Of a stretch of 64,000 bases of DNA, positions 30,073 through 40,922 are shown piece by piece. Position 1 is the first letter of the stretch. Each line of letters starts with the position of its first letter. A program made the position numbers and the translations under genes. The stretch lies in NCBI GenBank assembly GCA_963754315.1, contig CAVWFS010000011.1, forward strand, positions 209,857 to 273,856. Direction: 5' to 3'. The notes below the pieces were generated by a model that saw only the letters and a program-made list of their open reading frames with translations, did not search any database and had not been told where the DNA came from. The stretch comes from an uncultured Candidatus Rokubacteria bacterium (GTDB lineage Bacteria; Methylomirabilota; Methylomirabilia; Rokubacteriales; CSP1-6).

Positions 30073-31425
30073 GTGGGAGACCTAGAGGAGGCACGGGACG
30101 AAGCGGCACGGCAGCGGGCGCTCCTCGCCCTCGTCGTCGAGACGAGCCTGGTCCTGGGCGCTGATCTCGAGTTGTCGACTCTCCTGGCCAAGCTCATGGC
30201 GCTTGCCGAGCGGATGCTCGGGGGCGAGGCCAGCTCGGTCATTCTCCTGGGCGAGGGGCGTGCGACGTTGCACTGGGCCGTGGCCGGGGGCCCCGTCCCC
30301 ACGGACGTCCTGAGCCAGACGACGCTGGCCCTGGGGGAAGGCATCGCCGGGACCGTGGCCGCCACGGGTGAAGCGATCATCGTTGCCGACGCCGAACACG
30401 ACGCCCGCGTAGCCCGGCGGGTTGACGCCGCCACCGGGTTTCACACGCGCTCGATCGTGTGCGTGCCGATCCGGTTCCGCGGGGCGGTGACGGGCGTCAT
30501 CCAGGTCCTCAACAAGCGGGTGGGGACGTTCGACCGGCAGGATGGCGAGATCCTCGCGCTCATCGCGGCCGAGGCCGGCGTCGCGATCGAGAACACGCGC
30601 GTCTACGGAACCTTGGAAGAACGCGTCAGGGAGCGGACGGCCGCCCTGACCGCGGCTAACGCCCGGCTGAGCGAGACCTTGGCCGAGTTGCGGCAGGCCC
30701 AGGCCCAGCTCGTCCAATCCGAGAAGATGGCTGCGCTCGGCAATCTCGTGGCCGGTCTGGCCCACGAGATCAACACGCCGCTGGGCGCGATCACCAGTAA
30801 CACCGACGTCGTGCTCCGCGGCCTCGGCAAGATCGTGTCGGGCGACACGACGCGCGCGGAGATCCTCCCGCTCCTCGACGGGCTGCTCCGAACCAGCGCC
30901 GAGGCTTGCCGGCGGATCTCCATGATCGTGAAGAATCTCAGGAACTTCGCCCGACTCGACGAGGCGGAATGGAAGATCGCGGATCTGCGCGAGGGCATGG
31001 ATAGTACGTTGACCCTCGTGGAACACTTGCTCCGCGGGCGCATCGAGATCGTCCGCGACTACGGCGAGGTGCCTGCGATCGCGTGCCATCCGGGACAGCT
31101 CAACCAGGTATTCATGAACCTCCTCGTCAACGCGATCCAGGCCATCGACGGGCGCGGAACCATTCGTATCAGGGTCGGCGTCGACGACCGACATCTCCGG
31201 ATCGACATCGAGGACACGGGCCGCGGCATCGCGCCTGAGCACCTCCCTCGCATCTTCGATCCTGGCTTCACGACGAAGGGCGTGGGCGTCGGCACCGGCC
31301 TCGGGCTCGCGATCTGTCATCAGATCGTGACCGCCCACGCCGGCACCATCACGGCGGAAAGTCAGCTCGGCAGGGGCAGCACGGTCTCGGTCCGGCTGCC
31401 GATTGCTCGCCGTCAGGGGCCCTGA
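30073..31425 (+). CDS. GAF-domain sensor histidine kinase
   Basis: GEGIAG..TRSIVCVP GAF; AHEINTP, NLLVNA, DTGRG, FTTK, GTGLGL. Confidence 0.92.
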   Translation: MGDLEEARDEAARQRALLALVVETSLVLGADLELSTLLAKLMALAERMLGGEASSVILLGEGRATLHWAVAGGPVPTDVLSQTTLALGEGIAGTVAATGEAIIVADAEHDARVARRVDAATGFHTRSIVCVPIRFRGAVTGVIQVLNKRVGTFDRQDGEILALIAAEAGVAIENTRVYGTLEERVRERTAALTAANARLSETLAELRQAQAQLVQSEKMAALGNLVAGLAHEINTPLGAITSNTDVVLRGLGKIVSGDTTRAEILPLLDGLLRTSAEACRRISMIVKNLRNFARLDEAEWKIADLREGMDSTLTLVEHLLRGRIEIVRDYGEVPAIACHPGQLNQVFMNLLVNAIQAIDGRGTIRIRVGVDDRHLRIDIEDTGRGIAPEHLPRIFDPGFTTKGVGVGTGLGLAICHQIVTAHAGTITAESQLGRGSTVSVRLPIARRQGP

Positions 31426-31470
31426 CGCCGTGCTCGGTACGGCCGATCTCGTGGCGCACCAGAAGGAGCG

Positions 31471-32400
31471 GTGATCATACGAACGCGGGTGAAGATCATC
31501 GCGAATCCCTTCTCAGGGGGCGGCAGGGCGGGGCGGCTGGCCCGTGACGTGGCCGGGGAGCTCCGGCGCCGAGGGTGCGCCGTGGACCTCTGCCAGACTC
31601 TCCAGGCCGGCGACGCGCGGCGCGCCGCCTCCGAGACGGGCGGTTACGACGCGGTAGGATGCGTCGGGGGTGATGGCACCGTGAACGAGGTGGTCAACGG
31701 ACTGAGCGGACCCGTTGCGCCGCCCCTCGCCGTGTTGCCGAGCGGCACCGCCAACGTCCTGGCCAAGGAGCTCAGACTTCCCCGCGATCCTGAAGGTTTG
31801 GCCCGCGTCATCCTCGAAGGACCGGAGGTTCGCTGGGACCTGGGGATCGACTGGCTCAGCAGTCGCAAGCTACTTCTCTTCGCCAGCACCGGCTACGACG
31901 CGCATCTAGTGCATCTCTTCCACGCGGCACGGCCGCGCTCGTTCCGCGTGTGGAGTCATGCGTGGGCGAACATGGGGTTGTACTTGGTGTGGGCCCTCAG
32001 AAGCGTGCAGGCCTACTCCGCACCACGCATCCGGGTGGCGCTCGACGGACGTCCCGTGGCGGACGACGCGACCTGGGTTCTAATCTCGAATGTTGCCTCG
32101 TACGGGGGTCCGTTCGTGTTTACCCTCCGCGCGCGGCCCGACGACGGCGTCTTCGAAGTCATGGTTCAGCGCGCCAGGCGCCGGAGAGACGTCCTGCGGA
32201 TGTTTTGGACGGGAATCCTGAACTATCTTTTCGGCACCGATCACAGCGCGCCGGACGTGACGTTCCACCGCGCGCGCGAGGTTCGTCTGGCCGGTGAAGA
32301 CGGACGCGCGGCGCCCGTTCAGATCGACGGCGACCCGGCGGGCCGCCTTCCCGTACAATTCGAAGTGATCGCGGGCGCGATCCGGATCCTGGTTCCCTGA
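31471..32400 (+). CDS. Diacylglycerol kinase family lipid kinase
   Basis: NPFSG, GGDGTVNEV, PSGTANVLA, YGG, QIDGD. Confidence 0.9.
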   Translation: MIIRTRVKIIANPFSGGGRAGRLARDVAGELRRRGCAVDLCQTLQAGDARRAASETGGYDAVGCVGGDGTVNEVVNGLSGPVAPPLAVLPSGTANVLAKELRLPRDPEGLARVILEGPEVRWDLGIDWLSSRKLLLFASTGYDAHLVHLFHAARPRSFRVWSHAWANMGLYLVWALRSVQAYSAPRIRVALDGRPVADDATWVLISNVASYGGPFVFTLRARPDDGVFEVMVQRARRRRDVLRMFWTGILNYLFGTDHSAPDVTFHRAREVRLAGEDGRAAPVQIDGDPAGRLPVQFEVIAGAIRILVP

Positions 32401-32617
32401 CGAGCGGTTAGCGCTCTTAGGGGGCAACACCATCGACTCTTCGTCACGACCAGTCGTCGTCGCTGGCGGGCGGCGTCTTCATCCTCGATCACCGCTGATC
32501 TACCATAGTTTCCTGCTGCCCTGCGGCGCAGGTGCGCTTCGCCGAGGACGAGAACGTGATTCAGACATGTTGGGCGAACGACAGGATCTGCTCGCGGCGA
32601 TGCCGGTCCCGTTCGCT

Positions 32618-33736
32618 TCACGGTGACAGAAGTTGCTTGATCGTTCCCGGGCCTGGGCCGGGAGTGATCTTCCAGGGCCATTCGTGAGAGCCGAATGGCA
32701 CCAGCGGCGGCAGGAACGGCGTCATGCCTCTCTTCTGAGCTTCGGAGACGATCGCGTCACGAGCGTTCCCGCCCATCAACTCATAGTCCATCAAGTAATA
32801 GTTGCCAAAGAACTCCGCTCCGACGGATCGATCGGCAATGACTCGGGTGAGCCCGACGAGCATTGCCTCCGGGGTCGTGGTGAAGTCCGTTGTCTCGAAC
32901 AGCATCAACCGCGAGTTCATGGCATCCGGCCCGAAGAACTGGGCGAGGACGCTGAAGATGACGTTGTTTTGTCGCGCGACATAGATCGAGTTGCTCACCC
33001 CGTACGTCTTCTCCCAGTCCGTTCCGAGCATCTGCTTCCACTTCTCGACGACGCCCATCCAGTGTGCCACCTGGGTCTCGGCCGCCCACGCGACGTTCTT
33101 GGCGAGGTACGGCGCCTGCTTCTTCGCGAACGCGCTCAGGTCCGCATACGTGATCACGCCCTTCGCCAGCGCGGCATCCATGAAGGCCACGTTGTTGAGC
33201 AGCACGATCCGACTGTTGTCGCGCCACGACGGGTCCATATCGACATCGGCGAGGGTGTCGAGCGCCACCTTGTGCTGAGTCCGATCGACCTCCATCAGGG
33301 CGCGCCACGACTGGTCCCCGGCGTTGTCGAGATAGGGGCCGGCAATCTGAAACAGGGCCATGGAGCTATGGCCGACCGACTTCAACAACTGGTACGCGAT
33401 CGGCACCGACGGGGCGCGCAGCGGCGCCATGCCGGGACGGTACAGCGTGAAGTCGCCGCCCGCGCCGGAAAAGAGGGCGAGGATCACGGGGTGCTGCGCC
33501 AGCAATCGCTGCTGATAGAAATTGAGTGCTCGATCGTAGTAGCCGAACATCGCCACATTCAGGGCCAACACGTTGTCGTTCGCCACTTGCGTCTTCGTCG
33601 CCGCGCCCTGGCCGACGATGACGCCCATGTACGCAGGCTTGGCGGCTGGGCCCTGCGCCCATGCCGTTGTCGCCATGCCAACCAGGGCGAGCGACAGGAC
33701 CAACCCGCGATGTCGCTTCACTGCTGATTGCCTCAT
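32618..33736 (-). CDS. Secreted hypothetical protein
   Basis: GGAGGA RBS; signal peptide ending AWA; long ORF with genome-typical codon use. Confidence 0.7.
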   Translation of the reverse strand: MRQSAVKRHRGLVLSLALVGMATTAWAQGPAAKPAYMGVIVGQGAATKTQVANDNVLALNVAMFGYYDRALNFYQQRLLAQHPVILALFSGAGGDFTLYRPGMAPLRAPSVPIAYQLLKSVGHSSMALFQIAGPYLDNAGDQSWRALMEVDRTQHKVALDTLADVDMDPSWRDNSRIVLLNNVAFMDAALAKGVITYADLSAFAKKQAPYLAKNVAWAAETQVAHWMGVVEKWKQMLGTDWEKTYGVSNSIYVARQNNVIFSVLAQFFGPDAMNSRLMLFETTDFTTTPEAMLVGLTRVIADRSVGAEFFGNYYLMDYELMGGNARDAIVSEAQKRGMTPFLPPLVPFGSHEWPWKITPGPGPGTIKQLLSP

Positions 33737-33836
33737 GTCCAGTCCTCCGTGGATAGGGTGGCCTGCCTCGTCCGAGCTGAAGGGATCGGTCTGGACAATG
33801 ACGTGGCATTCCAGGCCGAACCGATGGCGAAGGCCC

Positions 33837-34991
33837 TCATTTGCAGCCAGGCTCCGGGGCAATCTCGCCGAGCGCCCGCACCGTGACGAGATCGTCTCCC
33901 GCTGTTCTGGCGAGGAACATGTTCATCGTCACATGGTGATTCTTGTTGATCGTCACTGCTCCGGTGGGTGATCGAATCGTCAGCCCTTCCATCGCATCGA
34001 TCATCGCGTCCTTGTCGACCGTGCCAGCCTTCTCGAGCGCTGCCTTCAACGCCATCAACGCGTTGTAGTGCGTCATCACGTAGTTCGAGACAGTCGCGCC
34101 AGCGCCGGCATCGGCCTTTACCCTGGCGACAAAGGTCCTGACCGACGGGATGTTGCTCGAGGCGACAAACGGCACGACAACGTACATGTTCTCACCCTTG
34201 CCGCCAAAGACGGTCAGGTCGGCCTCGGACAGGCCGAGAAAGGCGACGGTGGTGTCCCTGAAGAGACCCTGATCATGCGCCTGGGGGATGAAGTTCAAGC
34301 CGTCGCCCTTGAGGGCGAACAAGAGGACCTTGGCTTTCGTTTTCGCGATCCGCTTGATGACAGGGGTGAAATCCGTTTCTTTCCCGGTGGTGAACTCCTT
34401 GCCCACCACGCGGCCTCGAAGCGTGGCGATGATCGGCTCCGCCAATTCGAACATCTTCTGTGGCCAGGCATGCGCGGCCCCGAGCATGTAATACGTCGTG
34501 CCGAATGTGCGGTTCATGAATGGGAGGAGCTGGTCGAGCTCTTGATTGGGAACGGTGCTGAAGGCGAAGATGTATCGACTGCACTTGCCTCCCTCGTAGT
34601 TGGTGGCATAGAGGAGCGGCGTCTTCATGCGCTCGACGACCGGAGCGAGTGCATTCAGGCTGCTCGACGTGATGGGCCCCACGATGGCCAACACGCCGTC
34701 GCGGTCGATCAGTTTGCGCGCCGCGCTGACCGCGACGTCCGGGTTGGTCTGGTCGTCCTCATAGAGCATGGCCACCGGCCTGCCGAGGATGCCGCCGCCA
34801 GCGTTGATGTCCTTGACGGCCAGATCGAGCCCCAGCTTCGCCTGCCGGCCGTACAGTTCGACCCCGCCCGAGAACGGCAGCACCGCGCCGATCTTGATCG
34901 GGACCGAGGGCGATGCGCTGGGTGCTCGGGAGGGCAACGCGCAGCAGAACAGCAACGCGAGCGTGAGAAGACACACGGGGTGGAACCTCAC
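33837..34991 (-). CDS. Branched-chain/urea/amide-type ABC substrate-binding protein
   Basis: IKIGAVLPFSG, INAGGGILGR, YEGG, VPNQ; start uncertain. Confidence 0.85.
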   Translation of the reverse strand: MRFHPVCLLTLALLFCCALPSRAPSASPSVPIKIGAVLPFSGGVELYGRQAKLGLDLAVKDINAGGGILGRPVAMLYEDDQTNPDVAVSAARKLIDRDGVLAIVGPITSSSLNALAPVVERMKTPLLYATNYEGGKCSRYIFAFSTVPNQELDQLLPFMNRTFGTTYYMLGAAHAWPQKMFELAEPIIATLRGRVVGKEFTTGKETDFTPVIKRIAKTKAKVLLFALKGDGLNFIPQAHDQGLFRDTTVAFLGLSEADLTVFGGKGENMYVVVPFVASSNIPSVRTFVARVKADAGAGATVSNYVMTHYNALMALKAALEKAGTVDKDAMIDAMEGLTIRSPTGAVTINKNHHVTMNMFLARTAGDDLVTVRALGEIAPEPGCK

Positions 34992-35092
34992 TGTCCCGCT
35001 CAGAGATACCTCCTCTGCTTCGAACTCTCGGCTCCTGCAGTGGGCAAGGGCGCGTTGGCAGCAGGAAGGCTCCGGCCGACCTATCACCTGCT

Positions 35093-36400
35093 CTACGCTA
35101 CCCGGATCGTCTCCCGCAACTCGCGCGCGAAGATATCCTTGGGAATCATGGCGTGCACGCCCTGATTGACGTCGACCACCTGCGTGATGCGAAAGTTCAC
35201 CGCCATGCTCGCCAGGCCGTAGGCGTCGTGACGGCTCAGACCCGCGCGGCGGTTGAGGAATGCGATGGTGTTACGGAGCGCGATGCGGAACGCCTCGCTG
35301 AGGTCGCGATGCAGGCCGAGCGCGATCCAGTGCGACTCCGTCTCCGCGAACGGCCATTCCCAGCCCGCTCGCTCGTGGCGGTGGACCTGCACACGCACCT
35401 CGCGCATCCCGGTCTCGAGCGCGGTCAGGTTGACCTCTCCGTCGGCCTGAAGCGCGTGCGAGTCGCCCGTGAAGATCTTGCCGCCCGGCTGCCAGACGGG
35501 TACGTAGAGCACGCTGCCCTCCTGCAATTCACGGAGGTCCAGGTTGCCCGCGTGCTGCCCGGGCGGCACTGAGCTGACGATGCCCGGCGCGATCCGGCCG
35601 ACGACCTCGCGGTCCTCGGGCGCCGCCAGGCCGAAGGTCCCCTGGAACGGCCCGAGCGGCAGCGTGATAGCGGGGGAAAACTTGGCGACGTTCCGGGCCA
35701 CGTCGATCTCCAAGAACTTGATCTGACCCTCGGGGAATTCGTCGGGAAGCGCGCCACTCCTGAATTCTCCTGGGTTGTTCATGTTCGCGCCCCAGTCGAA
35801 CGGCGTGAGCTTGAGGAACCGGAAGCTCAACATGTCGCCGGGCTGGGCGCCCCGGACGCTGACGGGCCCGACGATCGAGTGCGGTCCCCTGGTCGGATTC
35901 TCATGTCGAAACTGGACGATCTGGGGGATCGAGACGCCCGGCTGGAACCGGTTCATGAAGCTCGTCCAGGTGTTCGGGTACACCACGGTGTCGCCGGAGT
36001 CGATCTGCACGATGTCGGGCCGCGTTCCCTCGAAGGCGCCCAGACGTACCGTGTCCGGGGTCGACTCGACGGTGTGAGTGCGGCCTCCCGGCGCGGCGGT
36101 ACCGCCGCCGCCGCGGAGCGTCGAGCAGGCCGCGAGAAGGGTCGAGGGCGCCACCGACGCCAGCAGACCGAGGAAGCCACCGACGCCGACCAGTCGGCGA
36201 CGGGAGACGCGATGCGAGGCCACGTAGGGTTCCAGCGCCTCGCGATTCACCTCGTCCATGTGCTGCAGGCGGTCACGCGTGGACGGGGTCAGCGCGGCCT
36301 CCACCGCGTCCCCATCCATCATGTACGATCGCCCGCCGCCGTCGCCACATCCGAGCAACCCGCCGCAGGATCGATAGTGCTCGCTGCCGTCGCTTCCCAT
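35093..36400 (-). CDS. Acetamidase/formamidase family protein with Tat-lipoprotein-like signal
   Basis: GPH..GPVSVRGAQPGD, GNLD, GDSHALQADGEVNLTALE; SRRRL and LLAAC in the N-terminus; start uncertain. Confidence 0.85.
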   Translation of the reverse strand: MGSDGSEHYRSCGGLLGCGDGGGRSYMMDGDAVEAALTPSTRDRLQHMDEVNREALEPYVASHRVSRRRLVGVGGFLGLLASVAPSTLLAACSTLRGGGGTAAPGGRTHTVESTPDTVRLGAFEGTRPDIVQIDSGDTVVYPNTWTSFMNRFQPGVSIPQIVQFRHENPTRGPHSIVGPVSVRGAQPGDMLSFRFLKLTPFDWGANMNNPGEFRSGALPDEFPEGQIKFLEIDVARNVAKFSPAITLPLGPFQGTFGLAAPEDREVVGRIAPGIVSSVPPGQHAGNLDLRELQEGSVLYVPVWQPGGKIFTGDSHALQADGEVNLTALETGMREVRVQVHRHERAGWEWPFAETESHWIALGLHRDLSEAFRIALRNTIAFLNRRAGLSRHDAYGLASMAVNFRITQVVDVNQGVHAMIPKDIFARELRETIRVA

Positions 36401-36460
36401 GTCTGGCTCCGTCAGCCTCCTGGTGCGTCTCAGAACAGGACCATGACCCGCATGGTCATC

Positions 36461-36742
36461 TCAGTCGCCGGTGAACTGGTCGAGCCGCTGAGCGCAAGGG
36501 ACCGACTGTCTCTGGGGAGGGGACCGGGGGGCTCCTCGTGCCCGGTTCGTGCACAGATCCGCGCGAGCACCTCGCCCTCCCACCGCGAATCGCGCCCGGG
36601 CGAGTCGCCAGATGGTGATGTCAGTACGGGCCATGACGGACGCGGTACGCGGCGAATCGATCAGCAGTGCCATCTCCCCGAAGCACTCCCCGGCCTGCAG
36701 CACGATATGTGAGCCGTCGGCCACCGATTCCGTATCCACCAC
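36461..36742 (-). pseudogene. cNMP-binding domain fragment
   Basis: GECFGEMALLIDSPRTASV; truncated. Confidence 0.7.
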
Positions 36743-36852
36743 GATACCAGCCTCACCCGACGGATCACATAGAGAGCGTTGCCCAGCTTTACCGTCTTGA
36801 CGGCCCCGGACCGGGTCCCTAGAGTCGAGCCACCCCTCGAGGAGGTGTGTCG

Positions 36853-37686
36853 ATGCGCACGAAGACTCTCATCGCGTTGGTTATCGCCCTCGTCGCCGGC
36901 CTCGGCGCAGCCGACCGGAGACCGCTGGGGGCCCAGGGGGGTCAGGTCCAGGTCCTGTGGCTCGGGCAGGCCGCCTTCCGTCTCACCACACCCAGCGGAA
37001 AGGTGATCATGATCGATCCCTTCCTCACCGATAACCCCAAAACACCCTCGGCCTGGAAGAGCCTCGACGCCCTCGGCAAGATCGATCTCATCCTCGTCAC
37101 CCACGCCCACGGCGATCACCTGGGAGACGCACCGGCACTGGCCCGGAAGAACAACGCCCCTCTCTGGGGGCCGGCCGGCATGAACCAGTCGCTGGTCACT
37201 CTCGGGGTGCTCCCCGCTGAGCTGGCACCGCGGATGAACAAGGGCGGGGTGATCACCCCCCTCGGGCCGAACATCAAGATCACAATGACACGGGCGGAGC
37301 ACAGCTCGGAGTTGCTCTGGGGAAACCCTCTGACCGGCAAGGACGAGACCCATGTGGGTGGCGAGCCAGTCGGCTTCATCATCGAGTTCGAGAACGGTTC
37401 CAAGCTTTACCACATGGGGGACACGGGACTCTTTGCCGACATGAAGTTCATCGGCGAGTACTACAAGCCCGACCTCGTGCTGATCCCCATCGGTGGCCAC
37501 TTCGTGATGAGCCCGCAGGATGCGGCCTACGCCACCCGGGAGTACTTGCGGCCCAAGCTCGCCGTCCCTATGCACTACGGCACCTTCCCCGTCCTCAAGG
37601 GAACCCCGGAGGAGTACATTCAGGCGCTGGGGACGACCAGCACCAGAGTGGTGCCGCTCAACCCCGGGGATGCCCTGCTCTTCTGA
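36853..37686 (+). CDS. Exported metallo-beta-lactamase-fold hydrolase (UPF0173-like)
   Basis: THAHGDH, EHSS, YHMGDT, PIGG, PMHYGTF; signal peptide. Confidence 0.88.
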   Translation: MRTKTLIALVIALVAGLGAADRRPLGAQGGQVQVLWLGQAAFRLTTPSGKVIMIDPFLTDNPKTPSAWKSLDALGKIDLILVTHAHGDHLGDAPALARKNNAPLWGPAGMNQSLVTLGVLPAELAPRMNKGGVITPLGPNIKITMTRAEHSSELLWGNPLTGKDETHVGGEPVGFIIEFENGSKLYHMGDTGLFADMKFIGEYYKPDLVLIPIGGHFVMSPQDAAYATREYLRPKLAVPMHYGTFPVLKGTPEEYIQALGTTSTRVVPLNPGDALLF

Positions 37687-37858
37687 GCGGGGACGCCGGG
37701 CGAGTGTCCCCAGATCAGCGTCGGATCAACCCTTGCCGCCGGCCGGGGTTTTGGTGAACGACAAGGTCTACGAGGAGGCCGTCGAGCTCCTCCACACGTA
37801 GTCGCTTCGGGTGGTCGCGGGGTAACGGCCCGGGGAGCGCACGGGCTAGAATCGTCCC

Positions 37859-38935
37859 GTGTTCTTGACGAGCGCGCCCGCCGCCCACCAGGGGCCATCC
37901 GGAGCCAGCCACAGGACGGTCGCCGAGCCCTCGTCCGGCCCGTGGCTTTTCTCCGCGCGCGCCGACTTCTGGGGCGCCGCGGCGGGAGGCGGCGTCCTGC
38001 TGGCCGCGCTGGCGCTGGTCCTCGCATGGCGAGGCGATCGCGAGCTATCCGTGGCCGACATCGTCCTGGGCGAGCTGCATCTGGGCGCTACCTACGACGC
38101 CATCGTGCGGCGACGGCTGTGGGTGCGGATGCCTGTCGACGTGCTCGTGATGCCACTCGCGATCGTCGCCGCCACGTACCTCTTGATCCTGAATGACCAG
38201 GCGCTCCTCGTGACCACGACAGTCCTCTACCTCGGCGCCTGGCATCGCGGCCGCCAGGCGCTCGGCATCGCCCGCCACTACCAGCGTCGCGCCGGGGGGC
38301 CGGCGTCGCCCGCGCACCGCTGGTTGCTCTCGGCCGCCTTCTATCTCCCGATGATCGCCGCGGTCGCGTACTACACGAGCACCGCGCCGGATCACGAGGG
38401 CGAGCCGTTCCATCAGCTCGCGCTCGGCCCGGACGTTCTGTGGGCGCTGGCGGGCCTGGCCGGCGCCGGCGTGCTGGCTTACCTCGCCCTGACGATCGGC
38501 CGCGTCGCGGTGCCCGGGAGGGAGCCTTCGGGAACCGTCGGCGCCACGCAGGCCGGCATTCACCCCGGCGAACGCTGGCTCGTTCTGGCGAACGCGCTGG
38601 GCTTTGGCAGCGCCTACGTGCTCGGCGCCTGGAATTCGTGGTTCGTGATCGTCCTCGCCATTCACCACGAGGTGCAGTATCTCTTCTTTACCTACGCCGT
38701 CGCGCGGCGGACCCAGGGCAGTGGTCGAGGCGCGATCGTGGAGATCCGCCGGCTGGCACGGTTCGCGGTGTGGCCGGTCGTCGGGCTCGCATCCTGGGCG
38801 GCGTGCACGATGACGGGGATCGCCGGTCTCGAGCCCTTCCTGATCGCCGGGCTTCTCGGCCACTACTGGCTGGACGGGCGCATCTGGAACGCGCGCGCGC
38901 GGCGCTTGGCGACCGACAACCATCTGGCAGTGTGA
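37859..38935 (+). CDS. His-rich polytopic membrane protein
   Basis: Multiple TM helices with ELHLGATY, WHRGRQ..G, HHEVQY, HYWLDG motifs. Confidence 0.65.
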   Translation: MFLTSAPAAHQGPSGASHRTVAEPSSGPWLFSARADFWGAAAGGGVLLAALALVLAWRGDRELSVADIVLGELHLGATYDAIVRRRLWVRMPVDVLVMPLAIVAATYLLILNDQALLVTTTVLYLGAWHRGRQALGIARHYQRRAGGPASPAHRWLLSAAFYLPMIAAVAYYTSTAPDHEGEPFHQLALGPDVLWALAGLAGAGVLAYLALTIGRVAVPGREPSGTVGATQAGIHPGERWLVLANALGFGSAYVLGAWNSWFVIVLAIHHEVQYLFFTYAVARRTQGSGRGAIVEIRRLARFAVWPVVGLASWAACTMTGIAGLEPFLIAGLLGHYWLDGRIWNARARRLATDNHLAV

Positions 38936-39089
38936 TCTTGCACGCGAGGTGAAGACCAGCTCAAGGACAGAGCCATCGCGTCGCCGCTCCTGGACGTCGG
39001 CGTATCGATTGATGAGGTCGAGCATCCGCACATTGTCGGCCAGGACGGCCGCGCGCCATCGAGGAGCGAGAACACGATCGTCGGGCGAC

Positions 39090-39713
39090 TCAACGACTTG
39101 TTTGGATCACGCGTAGCTCTCCGTTCTCGAAGTGAAGCCGAGCGCCTCCGCGATAGACCCACTCCTCGGCCTTCCCGCTCGCCGAGATCGTCTCGTTGAT
39201 TTTGAGCGGAGGACCCCACGCCATGGCCGCTTGCTCCGTGGTCATCCCGGTGATCGCCTTCCTAGCCAGAACGGCGGCCTCGATGTCGCTCGGCCATTGC
39301 TGCGCCTTGATCGCCGCCTCCCGCGCCTTGATCTTGGCTTCCCGTATCTCCCGTTGCCGCCCGCGCAGCCAGTCAGAGGCGGTCCCGATCTCGATGCGCA
39401 GGGTCCTGCCCTTCTCAGACAATGTGGACACCTTCATGAAATCGGTCCAGATCAAATCAATGCGGCTCTTCAACTCGTCGTACCTCACGGACGATTGTTC
39501 GCTGGCGGGCTTTGCCCGTTCCCTCTTATAGGCCTGGACGATCTCCTCCGCTTCCTTCATGAGCGCCCATGGGCTCGCGCTCGATTGCGCACTCACAGGG
39601 TCGGGCACGTAGAGCCCGAACAGATCAGCCGCCCCGATCAGGATGACGAAGGAGAGCCGCGACACGCCCAGTGCGTGGACGGCCAGCATGTGCCGAAACA
39701 TCGTTGTCTTCAT
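39090..39713 (-). CDS. Exported hypothetical protein with SmpA/BamE-like C-terminus
   Basis: GAGGAG RBS; GMTTEQA..AWGPP..EEWVY..LHFENG. Confidence 0.6.
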   Translation of the reverse strand: MKTTMFRHMLAVHALGVSRLSFVILIGAADLFGLYVPDPVSAQSSASPWALMKEAEEIVQAYKRERAKPASEQSSVRYDELKSRIDLIWTDFMKVSTLSEKGRTLRIEIGTASDWLRGRQREIREAKIKAREAAIKAQQWPSDIEAAVLARKAITGMTTEQAAMAWGPPLKINETISASGKAEEWVYRGGARLHFENGELRVIQTSR

Positions 39714-40272
39714 GGCTCTCCTCCTCTCTCAGGGGTGTGTGAACGACTTCCTCATGACGACGCCTGGCGAAGCGGGATGACCTGGCCCGTGCTCGGGGCC
39801 GAGGGCGCAGGCGATCATGGTTGGCGCCGGTCTCGATATCGGCCCTCTTCGCCATCGGGACTCCGCGACTTCACGTTCAAGTGGCCCTCTCCTCGCGGTC
39901 CTGTGGGCCGTGCCCTTTCAAGCACGAGCGGATCGACCGCTCAAGAGTTCAACGCCAGCGCCGTGGCGCGGAAAGAGGGGACCCGCTGGCCACAATATCC
40001 TTGAGCACAATCCCGTATCGGCTGCGGAGTCTATCACGCAGGAGATAGGGCCGAGTCAGCTAGGGCCGAGTCGCAGGGGGTTTTTTCCGAGGGCGCAGGG
40101 GACTTTTTCGCCTGGTCTCGATCCGCTCACTCGGTCCATACTCGGCCCCAACCATCTGACTTCATATGTCGTGATCGGTCTCCAGAAGACGGGGAGTCCG
40201 GGCTAAGACTGCGGATAACAACAGATGACGCCTTTTGAGAACGTGACTCGGGACCATCGACACGGATTGGGA

Positions 40273-40833
40273 ATGCGCTTGCTCGGGTCGGCGGGCCGTC
40301 AGCGAGCATGCTTGCTGACGGTGGTCGTGACGCTCGCGGGCTGCGCCAGCCTGGCCATCCGGCCGTGCGATACGATCGAGGACCGCGACGGCAAGTACGT
40401 CGGCCGCTTCTTCCTGGGCGTGGCCACGCTAGGCCTCTCCGAGGTGACCATCCAGCAGGAGGAGATTCGCCAGGTCTACGAGGGCTCTCCGGGATGCCCG
40501 CCTCCTGCGGGAGTGCGGGTGGTCTCGGCTTCAGTACCGAACCCGGCCGGCGGTCAATCCGTCGCCGTGGGCACGCTCGTCAATGGGGCACCCTGGACGA
40601 TCGTTCTCTATCTGAACCAGGACCCTGATGTGCCTGGTGCGCCGCCCTTGACCTTTCTCGAGCCGGGCGCCAACATCCAGCTTGCCTTCCGACCTGGGCA
40701 CTACCGCCTGGTGGCGCGTCCGACCGGTGCCGCGCCCGGCACGCTGCCCCGCGTGACCTGGAGCCGACAGGTCGAGATCGACCCACGAGTTCGGGGGTTC
40801 ACGCTCCAGTTTAACGGGGCGGATTTCAAGTGA
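40273..40833 (+). CDS. Lipoprotein of unknown function (copy 1)
   Basis: LAGC lipobox; close paralog of 59981-60526. Confidence 0.75.
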   Translation: MRLLGSAGRQRACLLTVVVTLAGCASLAIRPCDTIEDRDGKYVGRFFLGVATLGLSEVTIQQEEIRQVYEGSPGCPPPAGVRVVSASVPNPAGGQSVAVGTLVNGAPWTIVLYLNQDPDVPGAPPLTFLEPGANIQLAFRPGHYRLVARPTGAAPGTLPRVTWSRQVEIDPRVRGFTLQFNGADFK

Positions 40834-40922
40834 CACGGCGTCAGCCGCGCATGCTCGACAAATCGGTGGGGCGCTCGGCGCTGACCGACTGAGCGCGGCG
40901 CCAGGGGTCGCCGCCGTCGGCG

